From NCBI GenBank assembly GCA_965235115.1, contig OZ249436.1, positions 5,272,001 through 5,336,000 on the forward strand: DNA of 64,000 bases, given 5' to 3'. The translations under genes were made by a program, and so were the position numbers. Origin of the DNA: Laetmonice hystrix. Its lineage: Eukaryota. Within the stretch, counting starts at the first letter, position 1; every line of letters starts with the position of its first letter. Under the pieces are notes generated by a model that saw only the letters and a list, made by a program, of their open reading frames with translations, was not told where the DNA came from and did no database searches. Shown here piece after piece: positions 61,701-64,000 of this stretch.

Positions 61701-63970
61701 TCTCGTTCATCTTGTTGGAAGTCTGAATCTAGTCTTCGTTTCTTGATGTATTCTCGTTCATTTTGTTGGAAGTCTGAATCTAGTCTACATTTCTTGATGT
61801 ATTCTCGTTCATCTTGTTGGAAGTCTGAATCTAGTCTACGTTTCTTGATGTATTCTCGTTCATCTTGTTGGAAGTCTGAATCTAGTCTTCGTTTCTTTAT
61901 GTATTCTCGTTCATCTTGTTGGAAGTCTGAATCTAGTCTTCGTTTCTTGATGTATTCTCGTTCATCTTGTTGGAAGTCTGAATCTAGTCTTCGTTTCTTT
62001 ATGTATTCTCCTTCCCTTTTTCGGAAACTTGCATCTTGACGCTTTTTGTTAATGTATTCCTGGTCAGCATGTTTATTTGCTAGATTGAGCCTACGTTGCT
62101 TCTTGGACTGTCTTTCAGTCTCTAGGAATTGGCTATCTGATCTTCTCTTTCTCATATATTGTCTCATGTATTCTTTTCTGTCACGTGTTTCAAGTTCAGT
62201 CTTTTGATTATTTCTTTGAGCATGGTCTGCTGGGGGCAAGTCTTCCATAGAGCTGCCAACACTGTTTACAACTGTTAAGGCAACAAGTCGACAACGTGTA
62301 ACACTTTTCTTCATGTTTTTTAGCAGTTTTTCGATAACCTCACTGACTTGGTCTACACTTTTGCACACAACAAGCATGGCTTTCCCAAGATGTGGTTCTT
62401 TTACGTTGTACGGACTGGGAGTAAATACAACCCATGAGTCATGTTTTGTCTTCAAGGCAGTAAGGAAGCAGTTTTCTGTGGATATAATCAGGCTGTTTGA
62501 AACAGAAAAGGCCTTTTGAACCTCACTGCAAAGATTAGTGCTTTTTTGCCTTCGAGTTTTCATACCACCGCTCAAAACAATGTCAACAGACTGTATTTTT
62601 TGCACAACAGAGGATCTGTCAGTTTGTTCATGCAGTTTAACCACTGCTTTCTCGATATTGTTTGTGTCAACCTTTACCTGTGATTTGCTACAAAGTCGAG
62701 CCCCCTCTAGAAGTATATAGTTAACATCAGAAGGATGATATTGTTCACAGTTTGTTAGATACATGAGACTTGTGAGCGCATTACTCAGTGACAATCTTTG
62801 TTTATTGTACTGTGAAAAGCAATCATCGGCTTGACTTATGTTACCATAGACAACATCTTTATAGATGTCAGTGTCACAGGATTTATTTGAAATCATTCCA
62901 TGGCTTTGCAGTGGTTCAGACAGATGGGGTATTTTATTGGTTGACTGTTCATCTTGCTGATCATGGACTGTTAATTCTTTGTCTGTTCTATGCGTGTCAG
63001 TAGGTTCAGTTAAAATTGAAAATCGGTTGGAACATTGAATTCCATGAGAGTTCTTACAGATGGGATCTGATAATTGAACATTTTGCACTGGCTGTACAAC
63101 AGGCACATCACTTCTTTCCACAAACCTTTTAGTTCTCACACCAGAAATCATAGACAGGTTCCCATCATCATGTTTTATCTGTACTGGTTGCATTTCGTAT
63201 CTGACAGTACATGGATCATTTGTAGTACTACACACAAATTTCAGTAGCTGGTCTTGTAATTCTGTCAAGGTGGTGAAACACATAAATATGGCAGTTCCAT
63301 TGCAAGTTTGCTGACCTTGTATATCTCTTGAATGAGAGTCAAAGAGGCAGAATTTTCCTTTACAATTCAGGAATACACTGATGGCTTCAAGACCTATGAT
63401 AATGAGACCTGCATTGTGTCGATCAAACGTGTCTTTTACAGCTTCAGCAAGTGATACATTGTCATCATCAATGCTGACACAGGTACCCAGTGAGAGGTCA
63501 CTTTCGTTCATATCACACACAAACTGACTGCTGCCACTTTCTAAATGACGGGAAAGATCATTGAACGACAGATAATCATCTGGTACATGAACCCTTTGTT
63601 CTCTTATTTTGTTCCGAACTTTTTCATATACAGTAGAACCTTCAATTAGAACTCTATCAACGTCAGCTGTTGAGACATTTCTCATATTCTGAAGCCTTTC
63701 AATGGCTACTACGGCAGCACCTACACAAAATCTACCTCTGACATTGTCTGGAAATTTGACATTCCCCTGGTGCATACTGCCTGGAACAACACATGTTTCA
63801 AGATCAATATCTGAAGTTTTACCATGAGCAGAACAGCAGTCACTTGATGGGGTTTTGGAACTTGTATTACTTGTAGTCCTTTTCACATCTTGTACAATGT
63901 TAATGTCCTCGACAGCCAGTTTGGGTTGTCTATTTGTCGTTTGCTGCTCTGGTACATTTGTAGATTGCAT
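55727..63970 (-). CDS. Helentron Rep/helicase/endonuclease polyprotein (at least 2747 aa, N-terminus probably outside the window)
   Basis: HUH Rep motifs PTFFCTFSC, YRVEWQARGSPHIHCLFW, YILSYISK. PIF1 SF1 helicase motifs GAAGVGKS, IDEISM, GDFYQLPPV, LTEIMRQ, QFPLRLAWACTIHKVQGLT, YVALSR. C-terminal APE/EEP endonuclease motifs HNVEGL, LTETWL, GGVAVY, IYRP, GDFNED, IDVIY, YSYH. CxxC...CxxC Zn finger. No stop in frame from 63970 to 64000. Confidence 0.96.
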   Translation of the reverse strand: MQSTNVPEQQTTNRQPKLAVEDINIVQDVKRTTSNTSSKTPSSDCCSAHGKTSDIDLETCVVPGSMHQGNVKFPDNVRGRFCVGAAVVAIERLQNMRNVSTADVDRVLIEGSTVYEKVRNKIREQRVHVPDDYLSFNDLSRHLESGSSQFVCDMNESDLSLGTCVSIDDDNVSLAEAVKDTFDRHNAGLIIIGLEAISVFLNCKGKFCLFDSHSRDIQGQQTCNGTAIFMCFTTLTELQDQLLKFVCSTTNDPCTVRYEMQPVQIKHDDGNLSMISGVRTKRFVERSDVPVVQPVQNVQLSDPICKNSHGIQCSNRFSILTEPTDTHRTDKELTVHDQQDEQSTNKIPHLSEPLQSHGMISNKSCDTDIYKDVVYGNISQADDCFSQYNKQRLSLSNALTSLMYLTNCEQYHPSDVNYILLEGARLCSKSQVKVDTNNIEKAVVKLHEQTDRSSVVQKIQSVDIVLSGGMKTRRQKSTNLCSEVQKAFSVSNSLIISTENCFLTALKTKHDSWVVFTPSPYNVKEPHLGKAMLVVCKSVDQVSEVIEKLLKNMKKSVTRCRLVALTVVNSVGSSMEDLPPADHAQRNNQKTELETRDRKEYMRQYMRKRRSDSQFLETERQSKKQRRLNLANKHADQEYINKKRQDASFRKREGEYIKKRRLDSDFQQDEREYIKKRRLDSDFQQDEREYIKKRRLDSDFQQDEREYIKKRRLDSDFQQDEREYIKKCRLDSDFQQNEREYIKKRRLDSDFQQDEREYIKKRRLDSDFQQDEREYIKKRRLDSGFQQDERIYMRKRRLDLEFKENGRQYTQKRRLNLEIKGNESRSKKCKYASHISYREKCLQYGKTKYATDETYRNKIKCYSSQKYKQNLDFKNKAKRYSSQKYKQNLDFRQKLKSYSSQKYKQNLDFRQKVKSYSKIKYRQNALFRSKINEAQRLKYQTNVQYQQQKKKSALLKYLATMTDPVLRKRMKKMKRRQYLRNVIALRLKACQRKEQNNQQRKKIQNVKTIFHSKVQEYPEYVCSVCHRLLFKKQVLKCDNTKYETSATQKRLAKACISEDLLHNYNPKCTQSGDVLRESRRDLYICHTCDRYLKAGKMPHEAYTNRLELQPLPHELQTLNILEKHLISRIVPFMKLITLPKGGQKKLKGPCVLVPSDLQDTINSLPRFDTDQIIRLKMKRRLSYEGHYEYKQVDLKKVHDALRYLKEEIANVHYADIEIDQSRHVQYDSDKPDTAETDQQRTNGTSHTENTDKIVSDDDDDDDNECEEVKTGPLLDTFLMPVDMVQEALPLCPDSILSIAPCEKNRPTNLYANKSGEALAFPNHFPDGRNTLTEERSVELSPSKYFQARLMNVDNRFAKDPQYIFFALYITELKFMASNISIALRKGRKQTKDGRKITAGTLSQRKGIDHVTREDTGFRHFPTLKGSPDYWKMTQHDLFAMIRQLGIPTFFCTFSCNNDWPEIVTAIKAQQGETVDVDSLSWEEKCNILASNPVTCARMFDHRVKLFLNEVIMSPAKPIGEVIDHFYRVEWQARGSPHIHCLFWVKDAPILDRDSDQTVCDFIDQYISCQVPPEGDELHEKVNRFQKHSKRHTKSCKKGNRPCRFNFPKPVAKRTFVSRPATMPDGQSPSKADMHHASEQLSKLRDLLNEDVGNEDASIDELLQKAGLTWQTYKKYFDIATKKISIVMKREYKDCWTNPHNPALLDIWNANMDIQYITDPYSCVMYILSYISKAEHELSEILRNAQRELKEGNIDLKTEMRKLGNVYLNYREVSCQEAAHRMCNLHLKECSRAVVNLPVDENATRMSLPLSQIEAKAKSNEDDDEIWMKNIIDRYQARPDTVEFDNMCLAQFASEYRMVYGQAKSRNTITLTNNCGIIQKRRSENFAVIRYPRHSKTTKPEKYYQAQMKVYLPWRHKCQLKPQAYATYEEFFENGAVRVSEDHDIEPVKLIVTQNRQKYEKDTDVLQEAWQMMQNSENLEDAWASIANEAEISRLEAERENLAFEECCDEPLANDHDCIGDEDRGNIPGGLAIDHSVDGCVTKAVRPMLKSMNKKQQQVFYTIRKWCLDKVNGERPEPFRIFLSGAAGVGKSLLIKCICYEATKILLGQQSEQNLPPVFLTATTGLAAFNVDGTTVHSLLKIIKPRKGPYIPLTESVLNTMNTTLCEIKILVIDEISMMGSNILNYVHKRLGQLKHSKELFGGVSVLAVGDFYQLPPVRAGSPICVPNTCDLWMQYFRYVELTEIMRQKEDAVFAALLNRLRTKPKTESLSESDTKTLLSRITPSDQCPQDALFIYAKNKEVDEHNETMLQSKCTQICDIRAIDVIRNKKTAKLEERAAKKSNDKSDSLPSCLRIAVGARVMVTKNIDTEHGITNGAIGTITAILPAQHGKPLPEAVCIKFDNEKVGRALTEKKNNGTVPIGSVKVMPYEESLDPVEQERKGGIRRQFPLRLAWACTIHKVQGLTVDKIVISMKTMFESGHAYVALSRVTNIAGLYLLDYNADKIYRNEGVAQGLELMEPLVPNELDIAERRLLIVHHNVEGLVQNFQSTRNHFQIFTSDVVLLTETWLATREDLSNLQHPDFNLLSKTRQESYDIKSMAKLEKGGVAVYVRKTITHSLLHLSVRNLEFIPVVLVTDEKPLTICVIYRPSRYSTNLFCPALEDLIQKMEETVKDSGYVIAGDFNEDLMKGQNTIKNVMSRNNYQQLITQGTTLGNTLIDVIYVKNVDFKNCGVLQTYYSYHDAVFLKI

Positions 63971-64000
63971 GACGTTAGGTTTGGTGGATGTGCTGTTGGT

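Larger units (their letters stand above)
51539..64000 (-). mobile_element. Endonuclease-encoding Helitron (Helentron/HLE2), probably autonomous; 5' end beyond the window
   Basis: Second hairpin+CTAG terminus (ttgtgg-ttatca-ccgcaa-cgggt-CTAG|T on minus strand) at 51539, co-oriented with the Rep/helicase/endonuclease ORF. Linking this terminus to the ORF is inferred. Confidence 0.75.

Noticed and set aside
56323..63003. Plus-strand ORFs within the Helentron gene
   Set aside because: Antisense shadows of the long minus-strand ORF.

Overview
Eukaryotic (invertebrate bilaterian-type) genomic DNA in three blocks. (1) About 1-14.7 kb: a spliced + strand PICK1 gene (PDZ + BAR). Its recognisable coding exons run 6396-13689 and include a tandemly duplicated pair of 134-nt BAR-domain exons that must be mutually exclusive, plus one GC-AG intron. 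Introns hold two minisatellites and several MITEs. (2) 16215-50113: a ~34-kb tandem array of ~36 monomers of 849/858 bp with dimer, tetramer and larger higher-order periods. Three different TIR elements and several TA-flanked excision footprints occur only in its diverged left edge. (3) 50114-64000: minus-strand Helitron/Helentron material, comprising two hairpin+CTAG 3' ends, a tRNA-like Pol III cassette, micro- and minisatellites, and an uninterrupted ORF of at least 2747 aa. That ORF encodes two herpes-tegument-like (C76) cysteine protease domains (one apparently dead), basic helical repeats, a Zn finger, HUH Rep, PIF1 helicase and an APE-type endonuclease, and it stays open past the window end. 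The many short ORFs inside the array and minisatellites are not considered genes. All family assignments come from motif recognition by eye; no searches were run.
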